From assembly GCF_964194155.1 (NCBI RefSeq), contig NC_135909.1:3237118-3288000 (forward strand): DNA of 50,883 bases. Reading direction: 5' to 3'. The position numbers and the translations under genes were made by a program. The notes beneath the pieces are model-generated. The model worked only from the letters and a program-made list of their open reading frames with translations. It ran no database searches and was not told the origin of the DNA. Below are positions 34,332 to 46,599 of this stretch, one piece after another. Source of the DNA: Cetorhinus maximus (taxonomy: Eukaryota). Every line of letters begins with the position of its first letter. Position 1 is the stretch's first letter.

Positions 34332-34872
34332 GTATGTCTCATTGCTCTCCCGCTCCCGCTCCCACACCCCCAAAACCACAAGATCCATCCACTCAACAAG
34401 CAGGCACACCTTGGGCAGCCCGTGGGACATAAACTACAAAGGCCCCGAAACTGTCCTTCGATAATATCGCTCCGAGTTCCTCGATGATCACCCTAAACCC
34501 TTGGATATGTGCAAACGATGACAAATCTTCTATCGTGGTTTCTACCCCGAGCCCCTTTTTCTCTTCTCCTGAACCGCCCCGCTCCTCGCTCCACCTTGTA
34601 GCATTGCCCTCAATAATCCCCATCTGCCCCCCTCCGCCAGCAACTCAGCGGTGTCCCTGCTCGACTGGGTCCCGCCGTTTTTAAACGGAGCGCAGGCTCG
34701 GAGGTTTTCCCCACTGCATCGGCCGTGATTTTTGCAGTCGGGTCTTTGGAGTGGGGTTCGAACCCACAGCCTTCTGGCTCGAGCGAGGGCACCTCCACAC
34801 GAGGGCGTCGGGGCTTTCCAAGCCAGGCACAGCCTCTCACTGATTTTTCCATGTCTCTCTCTCTCTCTGCAG

Positions 34873-34935
34873 CCTTACGGATCGTATGGATATCAGAACC
34901 CGTGGAACTACAGTCAATATTACTCTCACAGCTGA
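34873..34935 (+). CDS. PRPF39: PRPF39-like exon 14 (last coding exon)
   Basis: PYGSYGYQNPWNYSQYYSHS-stop, compared with human YNYQNPWNYGQYY; strong (CT)n-gcag acceptor. Confidence 0.95.
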   Translation, partial: PYGSYGYQNPWNYSQYYSHS

Positions 34936-36591
34936 GACGCGCTGGGCCTGAGGAATGCGAACTGTGTACATACTGAAACCAAGGGACCGATTTTCTGTTT
35001 TCTCCCTGCCTTTTCTAACACCCCCTCCCCCACCAACCAACCCCCCCCAACTCCCCACCTCCCCCCGCCATCAAACACCACCCCACAACTCGAACAGGAA
35101 GACACAGCAGGACAGAGTCAATCTGCAAGGCGTTTTGTGTCTATTGTGCGGGTGTGATGTTACCGTGAAAAGATGTCACGTTCTGGGAGATTGTTGCGTG
35201 CAGTTCCTTTCGCAGTCCCCGTTTACAGTTTTCCCGTTGTACCCCCACCCCCCCTGCCCCTCTTTCGTTATTTATTTTGGAGGGAGGGGGGAGAGAGAGA
35301 GAGGAGAAAGCGAGAGCGGGTGGTCATCCTGTCGGAGGCAATCGGGTAGGTTGTATCAGCACCGTCTCCCGAGTGATCTCTGGCGTGTCGTTGTGAGGTG
35401 GGAGTTCAGAGCGGGCTGCCCACCCCCCCCACACTCCCCACCACCACTCCCCCGAGGTGGTGTATGTACCCAATAAACTCTGCTCGAGAAGGGCATTCGC
35501 CCCCCCCCCCCCCCCCCCTCCCCGCAGTGAAATACGGAGTAAGTCTGTGCGTCTGGAGAGGTGGGTGGTGGAACGCAGTGCTAGAACTGGTGAGGCTGCT
35601 GCGTATCTCCACCACCGTGGTTTCCGCTTTAAAAAATCACCCGGGGGGGCCCCCTTCTCTGGCACAGCGCGCGGTGCATCGCGAGAGGAGGCTTGACGCT
35701 CGGCACGGACACGGCAGCCTGCAGCGGGTCAGTGCCCGAGATTCCAGGCTGGGAATTCTGGACGTCGGGGCTAAGACGGAGTGACCACACGGCCAGCCAC
35801 TTCGGAAGGTGGTTCCCGGCTCAGCTTTGAGACGCGCCGAACGGGAGCCACGGGGAAGCTGTTGTCCACTCTGAAGGCCGACCCCCCCCGCCCCCCTCCG
35901 CAGTCTCTCTCATCAACTCGGCTTCGCTGTGTGCGTTTTGCAATGAATCTGTTTCGTACCCTCGTAAAAGCACAAATCCTCGTGCAGCTCATGTGGCATC
36001 CGGAGATGGGAGTAGCATTGTGACCCAGCCTGACCCAGCGCAACAGGGAAAGCCCCTGACTGGGCACATTTTCCCCTCCCCTCACTGACTTGTTTCTCCC
36101 CTCCCCCACGCCGCACTCCAGCCTCGACGCCAAGTGTAAGTAGAAAAGGCACGGCTACCAGGAGTGCGGCACACAGCAGGGTTAGCCTTAAGGGCTGATT
36201 GCAGCTCGGCAAGACCCTCTCCTGGTTGGGCGTTTTCTCCCCACCCCCACCCCCCCACTGATCGACAGACACAGGGACCCCCATAACACTAACCTCCGAT
36301 CTCCTTCCGCTGCTATATTGACATAAATGTTCCTGTCGGCGTTTGCTGCTGCTGCTTCCACACCGACGCAAGTCTGCGAGTTGTCCCGGGGTGAGCCGGA
36401 GAATCTCTCGCTCGGCCTCGAGGCCCCAGTAGCTGACAGCAGATCCCAAACGCCTCAATGTGAATCTTCCTTTTTTTTTTTCCTCTTTTTTTTTTCTGTA
36501 CGAATTCTCGTTCAGGCAAAAAAAAACATTTTTGCGAGTAGTTTTTTTTAACGAATGTAATGTACCTTTTTTTTGTGAATGGATGGTGCAA

Positions 36592-36597
36592 AATAAA
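36592..36597 (+). terminator. Likely distal poly(A) signal of PRPF39-like (proximal candidate at 35472)
   Basis: AATAAA after T-rich and TGTA elements (tgtaatgtac) and before a GT-rich tract. Confidence 0.6.
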
Positions 36598-37914
36598 TGG
36601 AAGGTTGGAGGCGGCTATTCCTGTGTTCTGTCGGAAAGCGTGGCGCTGGGTTTGGGGGAAAAGCTCCGTTCCTTCTGGAACGTTCTGGTGTTTTAAGTGC
36701 CACCCGTGCCGAATAGACCTTCGGTCAAGATGGCCTGCGGCCTGGTTCCCTGTAAAGCCTAGCTCAAAACCGGACCTTCGGTGGGGCAGGGTTTTGCAAG
36801 CAGTGGTCAATCCAGCTCTCCGGTCTTGCTGCCTTTAAAAATAACGATCCATCGAAGCCACGAACTTTCCAACCATGAGACGAGAGTTGGGTAAGTGGTG
36901 ATGAATGATTTCGGTTTTTGAAAGTGAGCTTCCATTTTGTGTCATCTGACTTTGGTGGGGGGAGGGTGTTTGCCACTGGCAGCTCTGAGTCCTGAGACAG
37001 CCCTCACTAGGAGAGCGTTCCCAGAATAGGGAAAGGAGGGACTGAAACTATAAAAACGCTTCTACACACCTAAACGGGCAGTCCTAATCGGAAGATCCAT
37101 CACGCTGGGGAGCACCTTCCTGACATCGGGACTGAACAGCTCCTTTTAGTATCGTTGCACCCTTCCGTGCTGTAATGACTCCAAATAGCACACGTTAATC
37201 TTCCAGTGGCCTCTGGCTGCTGCTGACAGCTGAAAACTGGTGCTTTAGGGTCCTAAACTTCCACCGGTTCCTATGCTTTGAGGGGCCATAGTAGTTTACA
37301 GCACAGATGGAGGCCATGCAGCCCATCTTAAGGGACAGGCCGCAGCCCATCTTAAGGGACAGGCCAAAGCCCGTTCAGTCACTAGAGTCGGTTCCCACCT
37401 CTCGAGTATGGCTGATCTGATCTATCCCAGCTTCACATCCCTTAAAATCCTTGACCAGCAATTGTCTTGGTGATCTTGGATTGGTTGTTAATTTTTGTGG
37501 AAGAGAGCTCCACACTCCTGCCCTCCGTTGTGAAGTAGTGTTTTCTAACCCCTCTCCTGGGCGGCCTGCTCAGATTTTAACCTTGTCCTAGGCTCCCCCG
37601 CACAAGGTTTCTGTCAATCCCTTTCAAAATGCTTAAGGAAAGCCCTCAAATCAAATTGCACCCTTAACCTGATGTTCTTAATGTTTTTTTTTCCTTCCCT
37701 CCTTAACCTAACGCCTGAAGCCCTGGTAACATTCTGGTGAACACGTTGTCCATTTGCTAGAACAATGTAGAACTAATCCCGCTGCCTCACTGTCAGAATA
37801 ATTTGTCAAGTTTCCCCATGAAAGATGCACTGGCCCCCCCCTGCCTTGACTAGTCTGTAAAGCTATTGTGTTCCTTGGTGTAAAGAAATTTCCTCCAAAA
37901 GCCCCCCCCCTTTG

Positions 37915-38285
37915 GAATGTGGGTGTTGCTGGCAAGGTCAGCATTTGTTGCCCATCCCTAATTGCCCTTGGCCGGAGTGGGCTTGTTCGGCCATTTGAGG
38001 GCAGTGAAGAATCAATTCTGGAGCCTCGTGTAGGCCCAGACCGGGTAAGGACGGCAGATTTCCTTCCCTAAGGGGGACGTCAGTGAACCAGATGGGGTTT
38101 TTACAACAATCGATGATAGTTTCGTGGTCACCGTTACTGAGACTCCAGATTTATTAATTGAATTCAAATTCCACCATCTGCCACTAGGGAGGGGAGGGGG
38201 GATTTGAACCCATGTCCCCAAAGCATTAATCTGCGTTCCTGCATCACTGGCCAAGTGACATTACCCGTTAAACGCCACTGTCTCC
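37915..38285 (-). mobile_element. tRNA-derived SINE (same family as 21005)
   Basis: Reverse complement of 21005-21370. Confidence 0.8.
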
Positions 38286-38589
38286 CATCTTACTGACCAT
38301 TTTAAATAGATCCTATGTTCACTCAATATTAAGATTCTTGAGTAATTACCATTTTAAAAATCTTTGCACTGAAGCATTTCTTCATTGCTACAATGTCTAA
38401 GCCCTACAAGTGGGGAGGTTCGGTGACCCATTTGAAAGTGGTGTCTCCAGCAACAGTGGGGAGAGGCTGCCCCATCACCGTGCCAGTTCAGTCTCAAACG
38501 CCACACAGGCACCCCGGTTAGAAACTGTTCAAGGGGAAAGGATACCACGGACCACGTTTTCCTGTTGAGCGAGGGGTTTATTTGCATTG

Positions 38590-39300
38590 AAATCACAGAA
38601 TTGTTACAGTGCAGAAGGAGGCCATTTGTACCATCACGTCTGCACTGGCTCTCCGACTGAGTAACTCACCTAGTGCCATTCCCCTGCTTCTCCCCGTAAC
38701 CCTGCACATTGTTTCTTATCAGATAGCAGTCTAATTCCCTTTTGAACGCCTCAATTGGACCTGTCTCCACCACACATTCGGGCAGAGCATTCCAGGCCCA
38801 ACCGCTCGATGCGTTAAAAAAAACAAGTTGTTACTCCTATCAATTTTTGCTTCTCTTGCCAATCACTTGTGCCCTCTCATTCTCAATCCTCTCAAGAGTG
38901 GGAACAGTTGCTTCCTAAACTACTCTGTCCAGACCCCTCGTGATTTTGAATACCTCAATCAAATCTCCTCTCAGCCTTCACTTCAAGGAAAGCAGTCCCA
39001 ACTTCTCCAATCTACCTTCATCCCTGGAACCATTCTCGTGAATCTTTTCTGCACCCTCTCTAATGCCCTCACACCCTTCCTAAAGTGCGGCGCCCAGAAC
39101 TGGACACAAGACTCCAGCTGAGGCCAAACTAGTGACATATACAAGTTTCATATAAGCTCCTTGCTCTGATACTCTTATGCCCCTATTAATAAAGCCCGAA
39201 AAACAGTACACTTTATTAACCAGGCTCTTAACCTGTCCTGCCACCTTCAATAATATACACCCAGGTCCCTCTGCTCCTGTACCCCTTTTGGAGTTTTATA
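38590..39300 (-). mobile_element. CR1 LINE fragment
   Basis: gtgcggcgcccagaactggacacaagactccagctg is the reverse of the LEYCVQFWAP motif. The CR1 tail is at the left end. Confidence 0.8.
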
Positions 39301-39429
39301 TTGTCTCTAATTGTTCCAGAATGGCCTGTAGGACCAAACTGCTGAGTCTGAAAATGCTCTGTCTAGAAACTCCTGTTTAAAAATGATGTCCGTTGGAAGT
39401 GACTTTCTCTCAGTCACTAAACAGATACA

Positions 39430-40110
39430 ATTTGGCAAGGAAAAATAGAAATGCAGAACATAATTTTAAATGGGGAGAGACCGCAGAATGCTGTGGTACA
39501 GAGGGATCTGGGTGTCCTTGTACATGAATCACAAAAAAGCAAATGGAATGTTGAGCTTTATTGCGAGGGGGACGGAGTAAGTCTTGCTACCACTGTACAA
39601 GGTGTTGGTGAGACCGCATCTGGACTATTGTGTATAGTGTTGGCCATCTTGCTTGGCGGTATACTCGCATTGGAAGCAGTTTAGAGAAGGTTCACTCGGC
39701 TGATTTCTGGGGTGAAGGGACTTGTCTCATGAGGAAAGGTTGAGCAGGTTGGAGCCATACTCTCTGGGGTTTATAAGAATGAGGGGTGACCCTTCTGGAA
39801 CATAACATTCTGAGGGGGCTTGTCAGGGCAGATGCTGAGAGATGTTCCCCCTCGTGGGGGAAACCTAGAACTGGGGGCACAGTTTCAAAACAAGGGTTCT
39901 CCCAGCTTAGACAGATGTGAGGAATTTGTTTTTGAAATTCTGTATCCCAGTGGAGACTGGGTCATTGAATATATTCGAGCATGAGTTAGGCAGATTTTTA
40001 ATCCACAAGGGAGTCATGGGTTATGGGGTCAGCTGGGAAAGTGGAGTTAAGGCCACAATCAGATCAGCCATGAATGATGGAATGGGTCAAATGACCTACA
40101 CCTACTTCTT
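39430..40110 (+). mobile_element. CR1 LINE fragment
   Basis: QRDLGVLVHESQK, LYKVLVRPHLDYCV. Confidence 0.8.
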
Positions 40111-41014
40111 ATCAACAAAAGGCCCTTTCAGGGTGAGTTCCTGGTCAATTGAGTGAGAATTGAAAGTAATCCAGCTTGAACTCTGCTGAGCAGCAGATCC
40201 ACCACGGTAGGGAAGGAGGATGTCAACTGGTCTCCATTCTCATTTAACTCAACAACTAAACAAGAGGCTGAGAGTACAGCCGGAATGTCCTGTGACATTC
40301 TCGGCTCGCGCGTTGGCCAGGGCGCGGGTGCAGAGGAGATTCACCAGAATGTTGCCAGGGACGAGGGAATCCAATTAAGTGGAGAGACTGTAGAAACTGG
40401 GGCTGTCCTTGGAGCAGAGAAGGTTAGGGGGGAGATTTAATAGAGGTGCTCAAAATCATGAGGAGGGGTTTTAGTGTCATTCACAGCACAGGAGGAGGCC
40501 ATTCTGCCCATTGAGTTTATGCGAGTAAGGTGAAACTGTTTCCATTGGCAGAAGGGTCAGTAGCCAGCAGGTCAATGTAAAGATTTGTGTGACATGTGGG
40601 AAACCGGAACACACTACTTTGCACCTCTTGTAGGAAGTTGTTCTGCTTCATGTGGAAGGGTTGTGGCTTGTATACTTCAGTCAAATCCTCAAAAACCACG
40701 CTGCCACCATGTTACGTTCTATTCCACCTAAGCACACCAATCATACAACATGGATTGGCAAAACAATGATGTGGGTTCTTCATTAGAAGATGAGGCTTTA
40801 TACATGGTATGTGTTAACTGGGAGACTGTATTCATGTCTGACCTCTCCAAGCTGCTGCCACAGACTGCGTACAGAGCCATGGGACTAATAGATCACATCT
40901 TGTGTTGAGGTGGTCGTGATTGAAACCAGTTTAAGATATGCACCTTTAAAGGTACATTTACAGCACATCGCTAAAGATCAGACAGCATCTGTGTGGTGAG
41001 AAGCGGTGTTTGAC

Positions 41015-41706
41015 GGGTTGGATCTTACAGGGTGCGGTGTTCCCCACGCCCCTTGACGAAAAGCTCAGTCGGGAGCCTGCCCACGAATAAGCCAGCTGTC
41101 CCACAGCTATTTTACCCTAGGTGGGGCGTTAACTGACTAAGGACAAGATTTCTGCCACCGCTTGGAGAAGCGGAGAGAGCTGCGGGGCATTTGGATTGGC
41201 GGGCAGCTCTGTAGACCCAGCAACGGCAGGTTTGAGCAGTGGTCACTGCTGGGACTGCAGCCAGCCCCTGAAGAAGCGGAGAGGTTATTGGAAGCTGGGC
41301 TGAAGGTAAGTCCAGTCCTAGCTGGCAGGCCCCAGCGAGGGGAGGTGAGGGGCTGAGTTTGGGAATCCAGGTGTGGGAGAGTTAAAGGGGGGGGTAGGGG
41401 GGTTTGCCTCAGATGGGTATAAAGCAGCGGCCAGTTGGATTAAGCGCTTGGCATAGGCTTATACGCCAGAATCCCCCCCTCCCCCAGGGCTGCGGGTAAG
41501 ATAGTGGCAGAGGTAGGTGAGGCCCTTAAGTTGCCATTAGCTAAGAGGTCTCCACCATGTGAACCCCTCCCCAACCCCCCAACTCCCTGCAGAATTGGAG
41601 ACAGTTTGGAGGTCAATGGGAAGGCAGTGGGCAGGCCAATCGCTGCATTTTATGAGCCAGCATCCTGCCTTCAAACATGCTGGCAAGGGATTGTAAAATC
41701 CAGTCC
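41015..41706. mobile_element. Probable non-autonomous DNA transposon with imperfect TIRs
   Basis: gggttggatcttaca at the left and tgtaaaatccagtcc at the right (12/15 complementary), with a GC-rich interior. Confidence 0.5.
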
Positions 41707-42745
41707 AACGTTTCAGCTCCTGGTCCTGCAACAGAACTGAGGAGCTTATTTCTTAGCAGAGAGGTCAATAACCAGGGGTCACATTTAAATTAATTGGTTA
41801 GGAGGATTAGAGGGGAGTTGAATGGACCTTTTATTTTCCACTGAGGTTGGTGTGAGGGTCTGGAGCTCACTGCCTTGGAGCATCATCTTGAAACATTATC
41901 GGGACACACATGTGAAGTGACACAACCTACAGATCAAGAGCTGAAAAGTTTAATGAGGCCGGATAGCTGCTCATGGCTGGTACGAACACACATGGCTGAA
42001 TGACCCTGCCCTGTGCCTTAAATATCTATGATTGACTGATACAATAAATGATTTCATGTTTTAATAGGGACAGAATGGAATATATGGGCGTTATAAAGTT
42101 ACAAGTTTTGCTTTTTCAAGGGCATGATTGCAATAGATTTGTGCTTTTGAAAGAGAGAATGGGAAGCAGAGAAGCTGTGGTAAGTCAATGCTCAGGGACA
42201 CCAAGTGTGGGTTTTAGCAGTCTGGAGATTATAGGAAGACTGAGGCAGGTAAAAAGTTTCACTATCCTTTCATCCAATTGCAAACAGCTTCAACAGATGA
42301 TGCTTCAATCATTTTTCTCCCCCTCCAACTGTTTTGATTTCAGCTACTTCAGTTGTTTTGACCTGAAATACTTCTGGAAAGACAGGGCTTATGTCCATTG
42401 GTGAGTGAGGACACTGAGAAGGTGGTACTTTGTCTATTTCAGGGAATTGATTGATGAGACTTTATAAATGTTGGTGATAAGTACACCATTGAATTGGCCA
42501 CTCACTCTCCCAAACCCCCACATGGACTTCCTCTCATAGTGTCCAAACTCATTAAACCAGGTTTATCAAGTTGGCATGAAAAAGTAACTCTGTTATCACC
42601 TGATTAAACATTACTCAATGTATGGATTAATGATCAGTTCAGCCCAAGGCACACTGTCTCGGCATCAGACTCTCCGTCAGTGTCACAATCTCTCGGTCAG
42701 TAACAGTCATTCCTCCAACAGTGTCTCCATCGCTAAGCCGCAGTC

Positions 42746-43147
42746 ATGAGCTTCGGTGACATCTTGGAGGATGTTGGCGGCATGGGAAAATTCCAAATCA
42801 TCCACGTTTTGTTGCTGGTAGTCCCAACACTTTTTTTGCCCAGCCACAACATGCTTCAGAACTTTGTGGCTGCTGTACCCGACCATCACTGCCGGGTCCG
42901 CTTGGAAATGAACGGCTCGGGTCCCGCCAACGCTACAACCACACTGCAGGCAGAGGAGCTTCTCCGCGCTTTCATCCCTCTGGACCAGAATCAGGAGCTG
43001 GAGCAATGCCGTGTGTATTCCTCACCTCAGTGGCACCTGCTGGACCCCAACGCGACCTGGCGAAACACGACCGAGTACGACATGCAGATATGCACTGACG
43101 GGTGGACGTACGACCACTCCCAGTTCAAAGCCACAATTGTCACAGAG
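42746..43147 (+). CDS. SLC22A6: SLC22 organic anion transporter (OAT1/SLC22A6-like) coding exon 1
   Basis: MSFGDILEDVGGMGKFQ...SHNMLQNFVAAVPDHHC...PQWHLLDPNAT...CTDGWTYDHSQFKATIVTE|gt, covering TM1 and the glycosylated extracellular loop. Exact orthology among SLC22A6/8/12/20 is uncertain. Confidence 0.92.
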
Positions 43148-43609
43148 GTACACGTGAGAATGTTTATTTGCTAAAGGTTTCAAGAACATTGTGTGTAATG
43201 TGGACCTGAAGGAAGGTCTGTGGATGGATCGGTATACACTGGGATAACCTCACATCCATGAGGAGTTTTCAAATCAAACATCTGGGAACACATGCAGGAT
43301 TTGTGTCATTGCCAGGGGTAACAGCACCTTCAGCCCCCTTAATAGCCCAATTGGCAAAGTGACCGCTGGTGTGGTACTAAGCCATAAAGACTAGAAGATT
43401 TCATGCTTCCTTTTTGCATTGAATTAGCTAATCTCATTGTGGTGGCAGCTGTGACATGATAACAGTTCTGTTACAGGGAGAGGAATAAAGCAGTCGAGGG
43501 GGTCACACTGCTAGGTGCCATCCTACTCAAAGGTGCAAGTGTGTGGAACAAGGCTAGGCTCAGCTCTGAGATTCATCATAGTCTAAGAGGCTGCTGATAT
43601 CAGTATCTA

Positions 43610-44300
43610 GGCTGAAAAAAAGAAACATATTGTCGAAGCTTTTTGTCTTGCACTCATCAGGACAGATGCACGAATACCAAATTTCGACGGGAGCAGCAAC
43701 AGTTTATACTGTATGAGAGAAGGGTGCTGATTAATTGGCAAGTCAACTCTGGTCGAGGCATTGCCGTGGAGATTGCACCAGGGAAGCAATGTCTTCCAAG
43801 ATGTTGCTTTAATTCAAGAAAGTGCGATGCCTGGACATGCTCCTTTTGCCTGCAGAGGACAGGTGCCTGTGTATGAATATATGTAGCTTTTAGCAAGCAT
43901 AAGTGAGCCACATTGCAAACCCAATTGATGATCTTAAATTGGTCGTTAGTGTAATTCTGTGCAGCAAGTGTTGTCCAGTCACTGAATCACACCTGAAGCT
44001 CTGAGTTTTGCTAGTACATTGAGGAAATAGAACTCGTTAGAATGTTTCATTTCGAAGGTGAATTTGAGTGTGGAATGGAGCCTATTAAAACATGTAAAGA
44101 AATTCTTACATGCTGTTGCGTGTTCAAATATAGTAAACATATCATCTCCATATTGGAAATATGCAAGAGATAGGGAGTTAGGGGTCATTCCATCAAAAAC
44201 ATGTTTCTCATGGAAACCAATGAAAATGTTAGCGAGAGCTGGGCCCAGAGGGGGTCCCATGAAATACACCATCTATTTGGGCATACATGGTGTCATTTAA
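43610..44300 (-). mobile_element. Penelope-like element remnant: RT fragment, GIY-YIG C-terminus and terminal repeat (pLTR)
   Basis: MYAQIDGV / MGPPLGPALANIFIG..YFQYGDDMF..LHSTLKFTFE (PLE-type RT), then LKATYIHTQAPVLCRQKE, then the pLTR. Confidence 0.85.
43631..43664 (-). ncRNA. Decayed minimal type I hammerhead ribozyme
   Basis: Minus strand tgtc-CTGATGA-gt(gcaag)ac-aAAA-agct-TC-gaca: stem I, core, short stem II, palindromic stem III. GAAA is mutated to AAAA. Confidence 0.7.
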
Positions 44301-44314
44301 AGCTGAACTCAACT

Positions 44315-45580
44315 GTGTGAGTTGGGAGTGTTTTCCTTGGAGAAAAGAAGGCTGAGGGGAGATTTGATAGAGGTAATGACACAGCAGATGGTAAATGCCG
44401 AGCTGTTCAAATCCCAGAGGGGAAGATGAAATAACTGTCACAACTAATTTTCAATTTGTATAAATTTCGAGATGCGTGCCTTGAATTCAGTAGTACTAAG
44501 ACCAGCAAGTCTTATAGATTTTTATAAAACTAGAGGAGTGATTTTAAATACATATAGTAGTAATTTGTAGATCTATGTAAGTTCTAAACCCCCTAATCAA
44601 TCTAACTCCCAGTTACACTTTCATTAAGGCAACAGTAAGACACACAGATTTTAAAAGACCCGGGCAAAGAAACATGATACCCTGAACAAGTCGACTTCCA
44701 AGTGAGTTTTCTTAACTTCAGTCCTGTGAAGACAGCGGCTTGAGGCTTAGATGCTGACTGTTTTTCATACTTGTAAGATCTTAAAAATGGCTTCTCTTAC
44801 ACACAGCCCTTGCTTCTTCTTTATACATATCTCCCTCTTTGAATGCAAAGACCCATTGTTTCACTATGGCTTTGGACTTTATCTCCCTGATAATAAAACC
44901 CTCTCAGAGCACTAAGTTTTACCAGTAATCTTTGGGAAAAATAAACACACTGTTTCTAAACTTCACCTGGCTAGGTGACACATTTCACCCCTCCTTTGAA
45001 AACAATCTAGTCTGGTTTATTTTAAAATGCAAATGCTCCCTTGACACCAATGTTTCTAAACTTCCCCAAGTTTATCTAATTAACATTTCTAACCTAACTT
45101 CTCAGCTCAAAGCACCCAGAATAGCTGCCTCTAATTCAGTTAAGTCTCTCGCACACAGACACATCCCACTTTTACTCTATTTTACATTAAATTCCAATAA
45201 CATTATGAGAATTATTATATCTTCTTGACATAGGGTATTCAAAATCACGAGGGGCCTGGACAGAGTAGATAGAAGGAAACTGTTCCAACTCATAAAAAGA
45301 TCGAGAACGAGAGGGCACAGGTTTAAAGTAATTGGCAAAAGAAGCAAAAGCCGCTTGAGGAAAAAATATTTTCACGCAGAGAGCGGCTAAGATCTGGAAC
45401 GCGCTGCCTGAGAGTGTGGGCGGACGCAGATCCAATCGAGACTTTCAAAAGGGAATTAGACTGTTTTCTGAAAAGGAGGAATGTGCAGAGGGAGTGGCAC
45501 TGAGGGAATTGCTCATTCAGAGGGCCGGTGCAGACACGATGGGCCGAATGGCCGCCTCCTTCGCAGTAACAATTCTGTGA
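44315..45580 (+). mobile_element. CR1 LINE 3' end split by a solo LTR
   Basis: ttttccttggagaaaagaaggctgaggggagatttgataga | LTR | ggtattcaaaatcacgagggg...gatgggccgaatggcc. Confidence 0.8.
44372..45230 (-). mobile_element. Solo LTR (second copy of 4295-5169)
   Basis: Colinear similarity over about 860 bp, ending at the same ...tcttcttgaca; no PPT follows. Confidence 0.75.
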
Positions 45581-46029
45581 GTTGCTAAGTTCAATGAATA
45601 CAGATTTAGAAAATGGTGGCGTGTCTAGATTGGCCATGATATAGTAACACGGTGCAAATATCTACAGCTCCCTTGAGCTATGGCTTCCGCTGGCTCCTAC
45701 TTGATCTTAAATCCCCACAGATACCAGCAGAGAGAAAACTGAGTGGAAGATTACAATGCACCCTGTGGGTGGACCTATACTCACCAACTGCTCTGCTGCT
45801 GCTGCTGGCATGAGGATTATGGAAAATTGAAGTCTCATTTATTAAGCACGGCAACCAGAGATGGTGGAAGTACAAGCAAACTGTGCAGATATTCATGCAA
45901 TGTCTGAAAGTGATATGACACCCACTCCTCATGTAACAACCCCGCTTAAATAACTTGCCCTTCCCGGCTGAGTTCATTTTGCACTTGATCAGCATTACCT
46001 CAGGTTCCCCATTCATTGACTCATTCTTC

Positions 46030-46282
46030 AGGACAATGCCTTGACCAATCAGGATCAAGCTGCCTGGATTAAATTTCAAATAATGCTTGGCAGTTAACAG
46101 TCAGTCACAATCGCTGGTGCATTCTCCAGGGCAACGCCACTTGCCAACCAATTGGCACTCTCTTCACATACAGTATAAATTGTTGTTTCCCACCCCCACC
46201 CCCCCACCTTATATTGGTATTCTGGCGAGTGTCCTGATGAGTGCGAGACAAAAAACTTCAACATGTCTCTGTTTTTCAGCAA
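46030..46282 (+). mobile_element. Penelope-like terminal repeat, inverted relative to 43610-43790
   Basis: Shared catacagtataaa...ttggtatt...tgtcctgatgagtgc.agacaaaaa.cttc.aca...tttttcagc. Confidence 0.75.
46230..46263 (+). ncRNA. Decayed minimal hammerhead ribozyme (second copy)
   Basis: tgtc-CTGATGA-gtgcgagac-aAAA-aact-TC-aaca. Confidence 0.6.
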
Positions 46283-46599
46283 TTCTCCATTTAAGCAAAC
46301 AATTAACATTCTGGATGATGTGGTTACTGTCCAGTAATGGTTAAGGAATAGGCCTGTTTACAAAGGAAAAAGAATAAATCAAATGAAGCAAACAAGAGCA
46401 AAGATCCAGCAAATGATTCTGCTCCCTTGAAAATCGACGCTTTGAAAATTGTTGCCTGAGAAATGTTGTGGACTTCATTTCCCAACCACTGTTCACTGTG
46501 GAGGCAACTCTTCCCCCACTCCCCTCCCCACCCCACCTGCCCCAGGGGTTCAGCTGGTAAAAGCAACAGTGTGGGAGTGAATGAAATGGCTTCTTGGAT

